A stretch of 63,284 bases of DNA, filler included, from Octopus bimaculoides (taxonomy: Eukaryota): assembly GCF_001194135.2 (NCBI RefSeq). It is 8 parts of 7 records of this genome, joined end to end, with 100 filler letters (N's around TTAATTAATTAA, not from the genome) between each part and the next. Parts side by side here need not be neighbours in the genome. Positions count along the whole stretch, not along the records: positions 8,794 to 14,492 come from NW_026433106.1; positions 14,593 to 23,455 come from NC_068993.1; 6 more parts are not named here. One strand, 5' to 3'. The notes beneath the pieces were generated by a model. It was not told where the DNA came from and made no database searches. It worked only from the letters and a program-made list of their open reading frames with translations. Both the position numbers and the translations under genes were made by a program. Positions 11,129 to 23,555 of the stretch are shown piece by piece (position 1 is the stretch's first letter; the number at the start of each line of letters is the position of its first letter).

Positions 11129-11130
<2 letters not shown>
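10912..11130 (-). mobile_element. tRNA-derived SINE (family A), intronic
   Basis: Reverse complement of GGTGAGTTGGCAGAA...AAATGCTTAGCGG...TTCTGAGTTCAAATTCCACCG...GTCGACTTGGCCTTTCATCCTTTCAGGGGTCGATAAAT; a decayed copy at ~18215-18400. Confidence 0.85.
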
Positions 11131-11160
<30 letters not shown>

Positions 11161-11266
11161 TAGAATAATGGTTTCATATTTTGGCTCAAGGCCAGCAATG
11201 TTTCAAGGGAGAAGCCAAGTTGCCCCTATACGTATGCTAACTGACCCCTTTCTATATCTTCTGCAG

Positions 11267-11332
11267 GTTGTTCTCATTGGACCTTATGAACATCACTCCA
11301 ATATTCTACCCTGGCAAGAACTGGGCATTGAG
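11267..11332 (+). CDS. Class-V PLP aminotransferase / cysteine-desulfurase-like gene, exon
   Basis: CTTCTGCAG| ... |GTAAGT; phase 0 to 0; [22 protein letters not shown] (EHHSN..PW motif). Confidence 0.96.
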
Positions 11333-11446
11333 GTAAGTGTGTGTGTCTGCCTGAGGTGGACATAGGCACCACTGAGTGCCTGGCATATATCTATATGTGT
11401 GTGTGTGTATGTATATATACATATATATATATATATGTATATCTTA

Positions 11447-11518
<72 letters not shown>

Positions 11519-11808
11519 TGTGTGTGTGTATGTATATAAATATATGTATATATGTGACACTTTCGGTATGCAAATTAGGGTTTCCTTCATGGAGTAACTG
11601 CTGCATTTATTGAGTATATAATCAGTTTGGCTCCTTGTTTCACTATATGTATATATATATATATATATACACACATACACACACAACGCATATATACACT
11701 GCATTGTGTAAATATATATATATTAATATATATATATGTATGTAGATATATATATATAGATAAGCATACCATGTCTGTTTATGTCTCCTGTCTCTTCTTC
11801 TTTGTCAG

Positions 11809-11874
11809 ATTCGTCGAATTCGTGAAGACCTGCGTGGTTGTATTGACAAGGATAACTTAGAGGAACTCCTCAAG
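11809..11874 (+). CDS. Class-V PLP aminotransferase / cysteine-desulfurase-like gene, exon
   Basis: TTCTTTGTCAG| ... |GTAAGG; phase 0 to 0; IRRIREDLRGCIDKDNLEELLK. Confidence 0.92.
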
Positions 11875-11929
11875 GTAAGGGTCCCTCCGGCTTACCTCAC
11901 CAACACTCATACACCCACTCTGCCCCCTG

Positions 11930-12575
11930 CTAACTTTCTCTTTCACTTTATCTCTCTCATTTGCTCTCATAATCTTTTTCTTTCATTTCCACTCTCGTCT
12001 GTCTCTTTTCTCTCTCTTTCACTTACACTCACTTCTTTCACTCACACTCAACCTTTTCATTCACACTCATTCCTTTCGCTCACTTTCACCACTTTCACTC
12101 ACAGCCATATCCTTATTAAAGCACTCATGAAATGCAAACACCTACACTTCACTCACCCACACCCCCAATTCACTCACACTCATCAGATCGTCATACATCC
12201 ACTCTCAATTGAAATGCATCCACTCCTTATTGAAAAGCTCTCCCTCACATCCACACACAGTTTCACTCACACCCACTCATGCCCCCCCACTCACGCTCAC
12301 ACTTGCACTCATAATCAGATCGTCATGCATCCACTCTCAAACCTATGATCCTTATTGAGCCACTGATTCCCAAAATGCAAACTCCCATACTCAACTCGTC
12401 ACTCACACTCACCCACACTTCACTCACACTCACATCGTATCACATCCACTCTCAAACCCACAATCCTTATTGAAAAGCTCTCCCTCACATCCACACGCAT
12501 ACCGTTTCCCCCCACACCCACTCATGCCCTCCACTCACACTCACGCTCACACTCACGCTCACACTCGCACTCTTG
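11930..12575. repeat. CA/CT-rich degenerate intronic minisatellite with internal duplications
   Basis: CATCCACTCTCAA...TCCTTATTGAAAAGCTCTCCCTCACATCCACAC repeated at ~12195-12260 and ~12445-12500 within (CACT)n-like sequence. Confidence 0.7.
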
Positions 12576-12587
12576 TCTTTCCCACAG

Positions 12588-12729
12588 TCGTTCAGTGAGA
12601 GAAACTACCAGATCATCACGGCTTTCTCGGCTGCCAGTAACGTGACTGGCATCATCACAGACACGGTGGCCATTGCCAGGATGGTGCACAAATATAAGGC
12701 CTACAGCTTCTGGGACTTTGCATCTGCAG
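12588..12729 (+). CDS. Class-V PLP aminotransferase / cysteine-desulfurase-like gene, exon
   Basis: CTTTCCCACAG| ... |GTAGGT; phase 0 to 1; SFSERNYQIITAFSAASNVTGIITDTVAIARMVHKYKAYSFWDFASA (SAASNVTG and PLP-binding Asp). Confidence 0.96.
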
Positions 12730-13437
12730 GTAGGTAAGGGGGAGAGGGGTGATGATGGGGGGTAACAGTGGTAGTGGTGGTTTTATCTGTTNNNNNNNNN
12801 NNNNNNNNNNNNNNNNNNNNNNNNNNNNNNNNNNNNNNNNNNNNNNNNNNNNNNNNNNNNNNNNNNNNNNNNNNNNNNNNNNNNNNNNNNNNNNNNNNNN
12901 NNNNNNNNNNNNNNNNNNNNNNNNNNNNNNNNNNNNNNNNNNNNNNNNNNNNNNNNNNNNNNNNNNNNNNNNNNNNNNNNNNNNNNNNNNNNNNNNNNNN
13001 NNNNNNNNNNNNNNNNNNNNNNNNNNNNNNNNNNNNNNNNNNNNNNNNNNNNNNNNNNNNNNNNNNNNNNNNNNNNNNNNNNNNNNNNNNNNNNNNNNNN
13101 NNNNNNNNNNNNNNNNNNNNNNNNNNNNNNNNNNNNNNNNNNNNNNNNNNNNNNNNNNNNNNNNNNNNNNNNNNNNNNNNNNNNNNNNNNNNNNNNNNNN
13201 NNNNNNNNNNNNNNNNNNNNNNNNNNNNNNNNNNNNNNNNNNNNNNNNNNNNNNNNNNNNNNNNNNNNNNNNNNNNNNNNNNNNNNNNNNNNNNNNNNNN
13301 NNNNNNNNNNNNNNNNNNNNNNNNNNNNNNNNNNNNNNNNNNNNNNNNNNNNNNNNNNNNNNNNNNNNNNNNACTACTGACCCCGTGCCAAAATTAGAAA
13401 ACCAGTATTATCATTATTTATTTATTCATTTATCTAG

Positions 13438-13477
13438 GTCCTTACTTGAAGATCGATATGAATCCAGCCCCTGATGC
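13438..13477 (+). CDS. Class-V PLP aminotransferase / cysteine-desulfurase-like gene, exon
   Basis: TTTATCTAG| ... |GTAAGT; phase 1 to 2; GPYLKIDMNPAPD(A). Confidence 0.92.
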
Positions 13478-13865
13478 GTAAGTATCAATGTTCTTCTTAT
13501 ATATATATGATGATAATAATAATAATAATAATGATTTATTTATATCTCCCGGTTGGGAGATGGGCTGAATCCTGGAAGTACTGCTATACCAGGCCAACCC
13601 GTGGCAAAGGCGAAGCAAGCCCCTAACTCTTCGCCTCGTTCTAAAAATCAGTTTAATATTGTCTGTTTGATTCCAGGATCATAAGTCCGTTTGATTCCAA
13701 TCTCTTTCACTCACTTATACTCAGTCTCTCTCACTCACACTCAATCTATCTGTCACTCACACTCAAACTCTTTCCCTAGCTCACACTCAATCTCCCTCCC
13801 TCACTCACATTCAATCTCTCACTCACACTCACTCCCTCACTCACTCTCTATTTTTCTACCTCCAG

Positions 13866-13924
13866 TACAAAAGATGCTGTATTTCTGAGTCCACACAAAT
13901 TCCTCGGTGGACCAGGCACTCCAG
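13866..13924 (+). CDS. Class-V PLP aminotransferase / cysteine-desulfurase-like gene, last visible exon (PLP lysine)
   Basis: CTACCTCCAG| ... |GTAAGC; phase 2 to 1; TKDAVFLSPHKFLGGPGTP(G); Schiff-base Lys codon at 13897-13899. Confidence 0.96.
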
Positions 13925-14492
13925 GTAAGCGACACTTAACTGTTATTCTTCTGCGCTACAACCACAACACTCACACACCACCAACACCACTACAATTACT
14001 ACAATACAACCGCTTCACCCCATCACCACTGCTATGCACATACCGCTCCATCTACTAGAGCCTATACAACATATTCACCGCTATCACCATAACCATTCTA
14101 TCTACTAAAATCTAAACTACACACCACCGTCCTGTCTACTAGAGCCTATACTGTAAACACATGATGACATCATGTACTACAGCGTATCTTATAAACCACC
14201 ACCATCACCATCCTCTCTACCACAGCCTATACTACTCACCGCTACAACCACCACTATCACTTGTCTATTACAGCCTATACTCCACAGACACACCACCACT
14301 ACCATCTCTACTACAACCTATGCTACTCACACCATTATCTAGCCTATAATATATTAACACTACCACCACCACTATAATCCACACACTACCACCACCACTA
14401 TAATCCACACACCACCACATTCATGACCCCGTCTACTACAGCCTACTACTGCCTATACACATACACAACCACTGCCTATACTATACCATACA

Positions 14493-14592
14493 NNNNNNNN
14501 NNNNNNNNNNNNNNNNNNNNNNNNNNNNNNNNNNNNTTAATTAATTAANNNNNNNNNNNNNNNNNNNNNNNNNNNNNNNNNNNNNNNNNNNN
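14493..14592. other. Artificial scaffold-join spacer N44-TTAATTAATTAA-N44
   Basis: 12-mer at 14537-14548 flanked by 44 N each side. Confidence 0.95.
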
Positions 14593-14648
<56 letters not shown>

Positions 14649-15051
14649 TATTTTCTATCTATTCATTAAAAGCTGAAATATTCTCATTTCGAATACCTGC
14701 ATCTCTTTAGATGTTTTCATTTTCTTCTTCAATGGCTTTTTACCATTTGTTAATTTATATACGAATCTTTTTCTCCGTGATTTCGATTATATTTTTGGCA
14801 ACGGAGATCACAATGGTGTCTTTTAATGGGGTATTAACATGAACGCCGCATATTAACTGTTAAGATTAAGGCATATTTGCATTTAAGTGTATGGAAATAA
14901 AAGCAACAAACAATGATGTTGGTGTTGTTGTTGTTGTTGGTGTTTGTGAGGGAGGTTGGTGGTGCCGTTATTGGTGGTGGGGACAAATGGTAACTTTCAT
15001 CATGTAAGTAGATCGATAGGTAGGTAGGTAGGTAGGTGGATAAATAGATAA

Positions 15052-15096
<45 letters not shown>

Positions 15097-15113
15097 GAGT
15101 GAGAGAGAAATAA

Positions 15114-15155
<42 letters not shown>

Positions 15156-18100
15156 TAGATACTGCTTTGCATATTTCACCAATATAAGTTTTGGGGGCAG
15201 GAACAAATCTGTCAAACCTCAAATTTGAAATTTTAGTAAGTTGCAAGAAAATAATAAAATTCTAAAAAATAATAAACAAATGAAAATTTTAAAAAATAGA
15301 CAAAAGAAAATAAATTTTAAAAAAAGTACATTATACTTTGATTGATTTATATACTCCAGGAAATTGAGAAGCCAAGACTTAAAGGAAGGGAATTTTCCTT
15401 TTCGCAGTAGAACCTTAATTTCGTAAGATTTTATAAGACAAATAAATCTTATTGCGATTTTGTATATGAATTTTGAAAGAATTATATTGCTTCTCTGAAG
15501 ATGTTTAAGCCTGACACATTTATATTACTTTATCCAGAGTTATAAAGGTTTTTCCTCAGTTATATTGCTTTTCAAGAATTATTTAGGTCTTACCTTTTGC
15601 GTTTTTTAGAGCTGATTGTGTCCAGGAAACCTTTCCTAATTTGTCTTAGTGTGTTTTTTTTTGTGATTTTGTTCTTTTATAAATATCTTAATCTGACTGT
15701 AATATGTTCTGGTGACTTTCTTGAACAACCAAAGCTTATCTACACATACAAATCACACACACACACACATACCAGATGATTCTGCTGTTGACATGAAGTC
15801 TTTGACTCATCTTCTTAGATATGTTACCTTGAGGTTACAATCTGGCACCACATCACCACCACCACCACATTTTCCTTCTTTTGTAACACTGCTATATATT
15901 TACCTCCTTTATACTACTCCGTATTTATCCCCCCTTATAGCACTACACCATATTTTCCTCCCTTTGTAGCACCTTTCAATATTTACCTTCCTTTGTAGAA
16001 CAACTCCCCATTTACCTGCTTTTGTAGTTTTATTCCATGTTTGCCATCCTCTGTAGTGCTACTTCATATTTATCTTTCTTTGCAGCATCACTCCATATCT
16101 ATCTCCCTTTCTGGCACCATACCAGCCCTCCTACACACTCATAGAAAATTGCAATATAGTCAAGAACAAGGGTCACATCAAACCCGTCTTTACTCCTCCT
16201 TTTATACATTACCTTTTGAACAGCTTGCAAAAACATTACTACTCTGTCTCTTATTCTCCTTCCCAGAAGGCGTGTATCTTTAGTCTCGGTACACCCCCTA
16301 CAGTGGTTCATGATAAAAAGGGCATCCGACAGTAGGAAACATGCTAAAGGTGATATCAGTGCAGACAGACCTCCATCTCGTCATATTGTTTCAATCCACC
16401 AAATCCACGGCAGCGTGGAAGATGGATACTAAATGTCTGCTCCAGCATCTCATCAGTTAATAAGACAAATAAAAACGCTATGAAAAAACCGCTGTTCAAT
16501 CCCATCGCACAGCTCGTTGAGCAAGTGTTACCATCTTATAAGTAGTGTTGTTTGTTAGAAATCTTCCATGGAAGCATGTCTAGCCATGAGGCATTATCTT
16601 ACTTGGAAACGAATGTGTATTGGTAACTAAAATGGCATTCGTCGCATTCAAGCATAGGAAAGTAGATATTAAAATGATGATAAATTAAACGTTGTGTGTA
16701 TATTTGTTTGTCGTATATTCTCTTGTTAGTAGTTAGCCTCATATATCTATAGAAACTATTTCATTTGTTGGCATGTAAAACTCACTTCTAAAACACACTC
16801 CGTTTCGTACCATTGTTAGATAAGGAATTATGTAATAACAAACGTTTAGTTCTTTATGTTAATGGATTATCGAAATAAAATAAATAACCAAGACTTTCGT
16901 ACAAGATTTGAAAGTGTTAAATAGTTTATTGAATAGATGGGAAGTGTAAATCACGTCTGATAAGTTGCCAAGAAGAATTTATAACCAAAACCAGGCAAAA
17001 ATAAACCATTGTGAGAAAACAATAAATTTCCAAAGATTAGGATTATTTTACACAATAAATACAATCGTATTTCCAGTTATCTTAAACATGGAGATTGACC
17101 AAATTTCATTCTTATATGTCTTGAATGGAATCATCTCTTCTCATACCGAAATATTTCATAATAAAATATACGCTAGTACTCTTCATCTTTAGCCAGACTT
17201 AACACATTTTACCATTAATACAGGAAAGGCACGTGGCTGCAAGGAAAGGGGTGTTGTGTTCATAGACGTAAGGCCATCAGTTCGATCCCTAGACCTTGTG
17301 GTATTTAGTCTTTTGTGCAGGGCTCTTCATTTCACATTACCCCAATCTACTCAAGTAAAGATAAATACCAGTCATCTGCTGGGACAGCCCTTTCTCCCTT
17401 CAGCAGACACATGTTTGATGTTCTGCTTAATTAAAGGGTGAAGATTATTTGGTGTCTATGCTTGTCATTAAATCGACGTACAAAGAAAGGTATGAGGTTT
17501 GCATCCTGTACTTAGATGTTCTCTATGGACATTATTTATTTTTAAGAGTACAGGTCACCTCTGAGTAAGATAATCACCATTGTTAAACTTTGCTCTCTTC
17601 GATGAGAAACTTCCTGATAATGTACACACATCACAAAGGTCCGATTGGAAATGAGATTTATTTTAAGCAATAAAAGCATCTTCTGTGTATCTTCTCATAA
17701 ACATTTGTTTCTTTTAAAAGTAGAAGATATATAAAACTACCCGTTCTCTTCCGAAATGCTTTAACAATGAAAATTAAGTGAACTTTACTATCACCATAAG
17801 TTAGAGGAGACTTGCTGACGATGTATATACGCCAAACTTAGCTTTAATGCACGATGCTCCGTTCCAATATTGTTTTGGGATTTTTCTAATTAGGAAGAGA
17901 AATTAATTTACTTTATGAAGATAGAAGGAAATTTACTGTGAGCCTGAATTAACTTCAGACAGAATTCAAATCGATATCACAAATTGTTCTTCAAGCCTTT
18001 ATCATTACATTATACATGCCTTATATCAATATTACGCCCTAGTGACAATCTCAGTTTCAATATAGAAGTAAAACAGTAGGACTAACATAACACACCTTAA

Positions 18101-18499
18101 TTATATAAACAAGTATGGCCAGGTAGTTAGAATATTTGCAAATTTATATTTAAGAGCTTGTGTGGTTTGATCTTCCATTGCTTTCTTGGACTGTATGTAG
18201 GAAATAATCCTTTCTACCACAGGCACAAGGCCTGAAATATTAGGAGAGGGCAGGGGTTAGTTGCCTACATGGATTCCAATGCTCAACTGATATTTATTTC
18301 ATCAATCCCGAAAATATGAAAGGTAAAATTGACTTCTGTGGAATTTGAACGCAAAGTGTCAAGACAGATAGAAGTTTTTCTGGCATGCAAATGCTTTTGC
18401 AAGTTCTACACTTTGAGGTGTACGAAATAATTATTTCAAAATAAAGACAGATGTAAAATACTTTGGAAATGGCCAAGAAAGAATTAATATTCTTTATCA

Positions 18500-19207
18500 T
18501 ACTAAGTAAATCTTAGAGGAGTAATAAAGGCAAGGATATCATAAGCATATCATTCTTGTGTTTCTTTAAATTTATTTATTTTTATTCCATCACTAACTTA
18601 TGAAGTCGATGTTATTTTATTGCAAAATAACCACATCATCTTTGTCGATTTTTCCAAAATATACAACACAATGTTCTTCATGGAAACATTATTTTTCCAT
18701 CTTAATGTAGAGAAAAGCTCCAGAAAAAGCTATAAATAATCAATAGATGTAGATTGATTTTAAAAGATCGAATAGTTGGTGTGTAAAACTGATAGGTCAG
18801 AAAACTTTGCACCTTTTCATTTCTGTCGTCCGCCAGTTTTCGCCAATAATGCAAATCAATAAGAAATTACAGTTGCTTAATGAATTTTAATAATTTTCAT
18901 AGTTATTGGCACCGTCCATATTTTGAAAATTCTTTATAAAACAATAAATTGGTGATTTCCACACACGTATAATTTATATATATTTATACATGTATATATC
19001 TTTCATCTTTTATTTTTTCTTTTAGTCATTAGACTGCGACCATGCTGAGGCACAGCCTTGAAAAAAGGCTGAATATATATATATATGTATATATATGTAT
19101 ATATATATATGTATATATCAACTATGGTCTTGTTGCCTTTACTGCAATGGTATGATGTGGTAGTGGTCGTGTGGGGAGGGGGTATGAACTGCAGAGTGCA
19201 TCTACTT

Positions 19208-19249
<42 letters not shown>

Positions 19250-20151
19250 TGCTGTAGTCAAAGATATGTTCTACGTGAGGAAATAAGCAGCCATTTTGTC
19301 AACGGTACATGGTGAGCAAAACCAGCAGTGTAATTAGTGTGTTGTTCAAGGAAACCCTTGTGTCTGCCGCCCCTCAGCAGGCTCCCTCAAGCCTATACAG
19401 GCTTATACAACAGACCCAAAAGTATCACACCCATAAAAACATTTCCTGCCTCGTTTCCCTCATGACCTTCGTCCACACTCGCCCCTTGTTTACCCTCATC
19501 CTTCTTCGCATCTCTCTGCCCTCCAACCTCACTTTCCCTCCAAGACCCACACCGCCCCCACCCACCCTGCTACACTTCTAGACAAAACCCATGCTTCACC
19601 ACCGTTTTATTGTTGTCTTCTACCGATTCTAATTTATATATTTATGTGAAAAATCTGTGATTTATTGTTTTATAAAAGATCTTCAAATTGTGGACCGTAC
19701 TAATAACTGCCAGCAAGTGTTAGAATTCATTAAACAACTGTAATTTCTTATTTATCAACATTATTGACAAAAACTGATAGAAATGAAAAAAAAAAAGGAA
19801 ACGGTGCAATTTCTTCTGACCTCTCAGTTTATGCCACAATAATTCTGCTTGATCTTTTTTAAATCGATCTGCATTTATTGATTACTTATAGCTTTTTCTG
19901 GAGCTTATTTCTACATTAAGATGGAAAAAAACTAATGTTTTCTATCAAGAACATCATGTTGTATTTTCGATAAAATCGACAAAGATGATGTGGTTATTTT
20001 ACTATAAAATAACATCAGCTTCATACTTTGGTGATGGAATAAGAGTATAATGAAATTCAAATAGACACAAGACTTACGAGCAAACAGAAGCCATTTAACG
20101 ATGTACTAATAAGATTCTTGCCTTTATTATTCCTCTAATCCTTACTAAGTA
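18500..20151. mobile_element. Foldback-like element with ~480-520-bp terminal inverted arms and unrelated interior
   Basis: 18500-~18980 aligns by eye to the reverse complement of ~19630-20151 (roughly 75-80% identity, one ~30-bp indel); TA at both outer ends. Confidence 0.75.
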
Positions 20152-21549
20152 AAGCAAACGATTTTTATATACTACTCAGTCTCTTTAACCTATTCCAAAG
20201 TGTTTTGTGTTAGGGTCCGTTTTGTGACTGCTGTTTCGTTCACACAATCTGGGAAAGGAATAAAAATTACACAATCTTGTGTTACTCGTGTAGCAGAAAT
20301 ATTTGTCGGAGTGCCTTGGAATTGAACCCAAATCACTGTGCTCAGACAAATAATAACTAAATAACAAAAAGATGCTGTCAAACAATGATGACATCAGCAA
20401 ACAACTGACCACCCATATCTCATACAGAATCAAGTAGTCAAAACAGGACGTCATTAACAATTTTGTTTTTGGCACCTTTTCTCTGACAGATACTATATAT
20501 ATATATATATGTGTGTGTGTGTGCAGCATGTTAATCTGCTAATTAGACAGTAGTCATGATACAGCTTAAAGCAGCAAGTTGCAAGTATCTACACCACTGA
20601 ACATTCATTTGTGGACCACAATGATGACAGTTAACTATATATTTCACAACTGAGGAGAATGATTGAACTATAAAATAAACAGTTGTGCGATTGGCTTCAC
20701 AGGCACAATGTGAAGCTATAGGTGATAGATCAGCTTCACTGCAAGAATACTTGTAGCTGTGGGGAAATATTACCTTGCTTGGAAATAGGTGAAAGCTGAT
20801 GGGAAGGGCATCCAGCCGTAGATATCTGCCTCAACACGCTTGGAAAAATGGGTGTTAAAACGATGAGGATGATGGTAAAGATGAACAAGATGGAGCGTAA
20901 TGACAAAGCTTGCTGAACAGTTTGTAATATTGTTTCAAGTCTTGTTTGAAGTTATGCAAGCTTGCTACGAATTCCATTCTTCTTACTCAAAAAGAAAGTT
21001 TGATGTAGAAACATTCATTAAAGTGAAATTCACCAAATACATCATCTCAAAGTTTCTTCTGTTCCCTATGGGAGCAATTTTCCTTTAGTTTAAAAACATT
21101 TCACAAAGGAACTGACAATTAATTTTCTTCTCACCTACAATCAATTAGAAGGAATTTACTTTTAAAAGAATCGACTATTGAAGAGGAGATGTACTGAAGG
21201 AGTATTTATTTTATAAAATGGGTCTTGTAACACTTTTGTGGTATATGTATAGAGAAAGCTTTCTACTTTCCAGAATAAAGTTTAACAATACTGATTATGG
21301 AAAACTTTCGTTTTTGAATTACAAAGTGAAAGTGAAATTATTGATACTATTTGGCAACATTAAGGCAGACACGCTGAATACACCACATCCTTGGTTTTTA
21401 GTGGAAGGGTGGGGTTGTCTATAATTTTCTTTAGAGTCCTACGTTTGTGAAACAGATATTACTTTAAAAAAACAGCCTTCAAATTTCAAAAATAATTAGA
21501 TAAGGATTAAATTTTTCTTCTTGAAAATGTACTTAGGAAGAGGGGGTGT

Positions 21550-21820
21550 TGACAGTGATGATGAGGAGATTTGGAAGGTTAGGTGGCGGGGTAGGAGAGC
21601 TTACTGATGAAGTCGAAGATGATGATGACAACAAGGATAATGAGGAGAAAGAAGCGGAAGACGAGAAGGACATTGATGATGATGACAACACTGACGATGA
21701 TGACGACAATGATGGTGATGGTGGTGATGGTGATGCTGATGGGAAAGTGGTGATGATGATGGCGACGACGACGACGATGACGATGGTGGTGATGATGGCG
21801 ATGAGAAATGCACACGATTA
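21550..21820. repeat. Degenerate (GAT/GAC/GGT)n trinucleotide low-complexity tract
   Basis: Mixed GAT/GAC/GGT triplets giving spurious acidic and His-rich ORFs on both strands. Confidence 0.8.
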
Positions 21821-23112
21821 TTGACTTTGTAATAGCTATTGATCACTTTATGCTATCGAATGGTTCATTGGAGTGGTGAACAAACAATATTATCAAAAGT
21901 CAGTGAACAGCATTCATTAACATAAATATTCAGTAACAACCAGAGTCAAAACTCTGTTTTTCTTTTAATTCTACATTTAATTTACATTACTATACATACG
22001 CGTACATACATTACATGTATTTATATCAGATGATCATATCGATATATAAAGCCTGATGAATCTAGCTTTTCTGAGCAAGATCATGTTAGATTCTAACACC
22101 TACCATTAGAGTGATGTTTGGCATTGTTTATAAATTACGTGACCCATTGTCAGCCTATTCATCTGGAGTAACGTTAGTATCAATCACACATATAACGACT
22201 AATGAATTTAAGAGATATTTCGCATAGAACCATCAAAACATTTTAAACATAAAAGAATTCTTTTTCCAAATCCTCATTTTGATGATGATCAATATAAAAT
22301 TTACACCAGCTATTTTATTTACTTTTTCTCATCAATTCTGTGTAAATATAAAGAATTCCTAATTCAAGTTGTGTTTATTTCCATTCATTTTTATTAATTA
22401 TTATATCGTTATTTTTTATGTTATTTTATTTATGTATTTATTCGTTCGTATTTTGAAAAATATTTTCTCGACATTGCTTTAACGTGTAATGTTTGCCAGT
22501 TCTTATTTGTTTGGTTTTTCATTATCTCTTATAACCAATCATCTAATATTTATGACCAAATCATACCAGATTGCTTGACATTCATTTTTTTTTATTTCGT
22601 TGTTATTATTTTTCTTTTTTTGTTTCATAACATTATTCCTACAAGATGAAATAAAGTCAACCAACGAAATAAGAAAAATAAAACAAAAACACAAACGTAT
22701 ATTAGGGATAAAAAAAACCTGATAATTCTTATCAAAATATTAATAATTTTCCATTAGAAAGCTAAAAAAAAAAATAAAAGCCACCTCTGAAATTATTTCT
22801 ATTGGCTCTTAAATTATGGCCAAAATATAGGCAAATAAATGCAACAAAAAACGCCTTTATAACTCTTACATTCAGGAGAAAACATCACTTTTTTTTAGTT
22901 GTTCTTTTATTGTTTTCTGGGGATATTTTTTGTTTTTGGTGTTATCGTTGTTGTTGTTGAGGGGGGTGGGTGTGTTGATGGGCTTAAACTTCCTTTCCTG
23001 CAATTTTCCAAGTGTACATTTTACTACATATATTGATTGGCATCATAAAATTCTGTGGTAATTATTTTATTACTGTTTATATTCTTATCATTGATAAACA
23101 TACTCACTCATA

Positions 23113-23173
<61 letters not shown>

Positions 23174-23455
23174 GTATATATATATGTGTGTAGAAAAAAT
23201 ACAGAAAGAAGAGAGAAAGAGAGAGAGTGACAGCAAAAGACAAAGATGGAGTGACTGACAGGCAGATTGACATCTATAGACTTACATGAATGTGTATATT
23301 TGTCTATATATATATACATATATACATATACATGTGTGTGCGTATATATTTATACGTATGTGTATGTATATACAGACACACATATATATGTATATAAATA
23401 TATGTATATATACACATATATACATATAAATAAATATATATATATATATATATAT

Positions 23456-23555
23456 NNNNNNNNNNNNNNNNNNNNNNNNNNNNNNNNNNNNNNNNNNNNT
23501 TAATTAATTAANNNNNNNNNNNNNNNNNNNNNNNNNNNNNNNNNNNNNNNNNNNN
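23456..23555. other. Artificial scaffold-join spacer N44-TTAATTAATTAA-N44
   Basis: 12-mer at 23500-23511. Confidence 0.95.

Noticed and set aside
21546-21846. Acidic and His-rich ORFs on both strands.
   Set aside because: Products of a degenerate trinucleotide tract; no splice signals or domain motifs.
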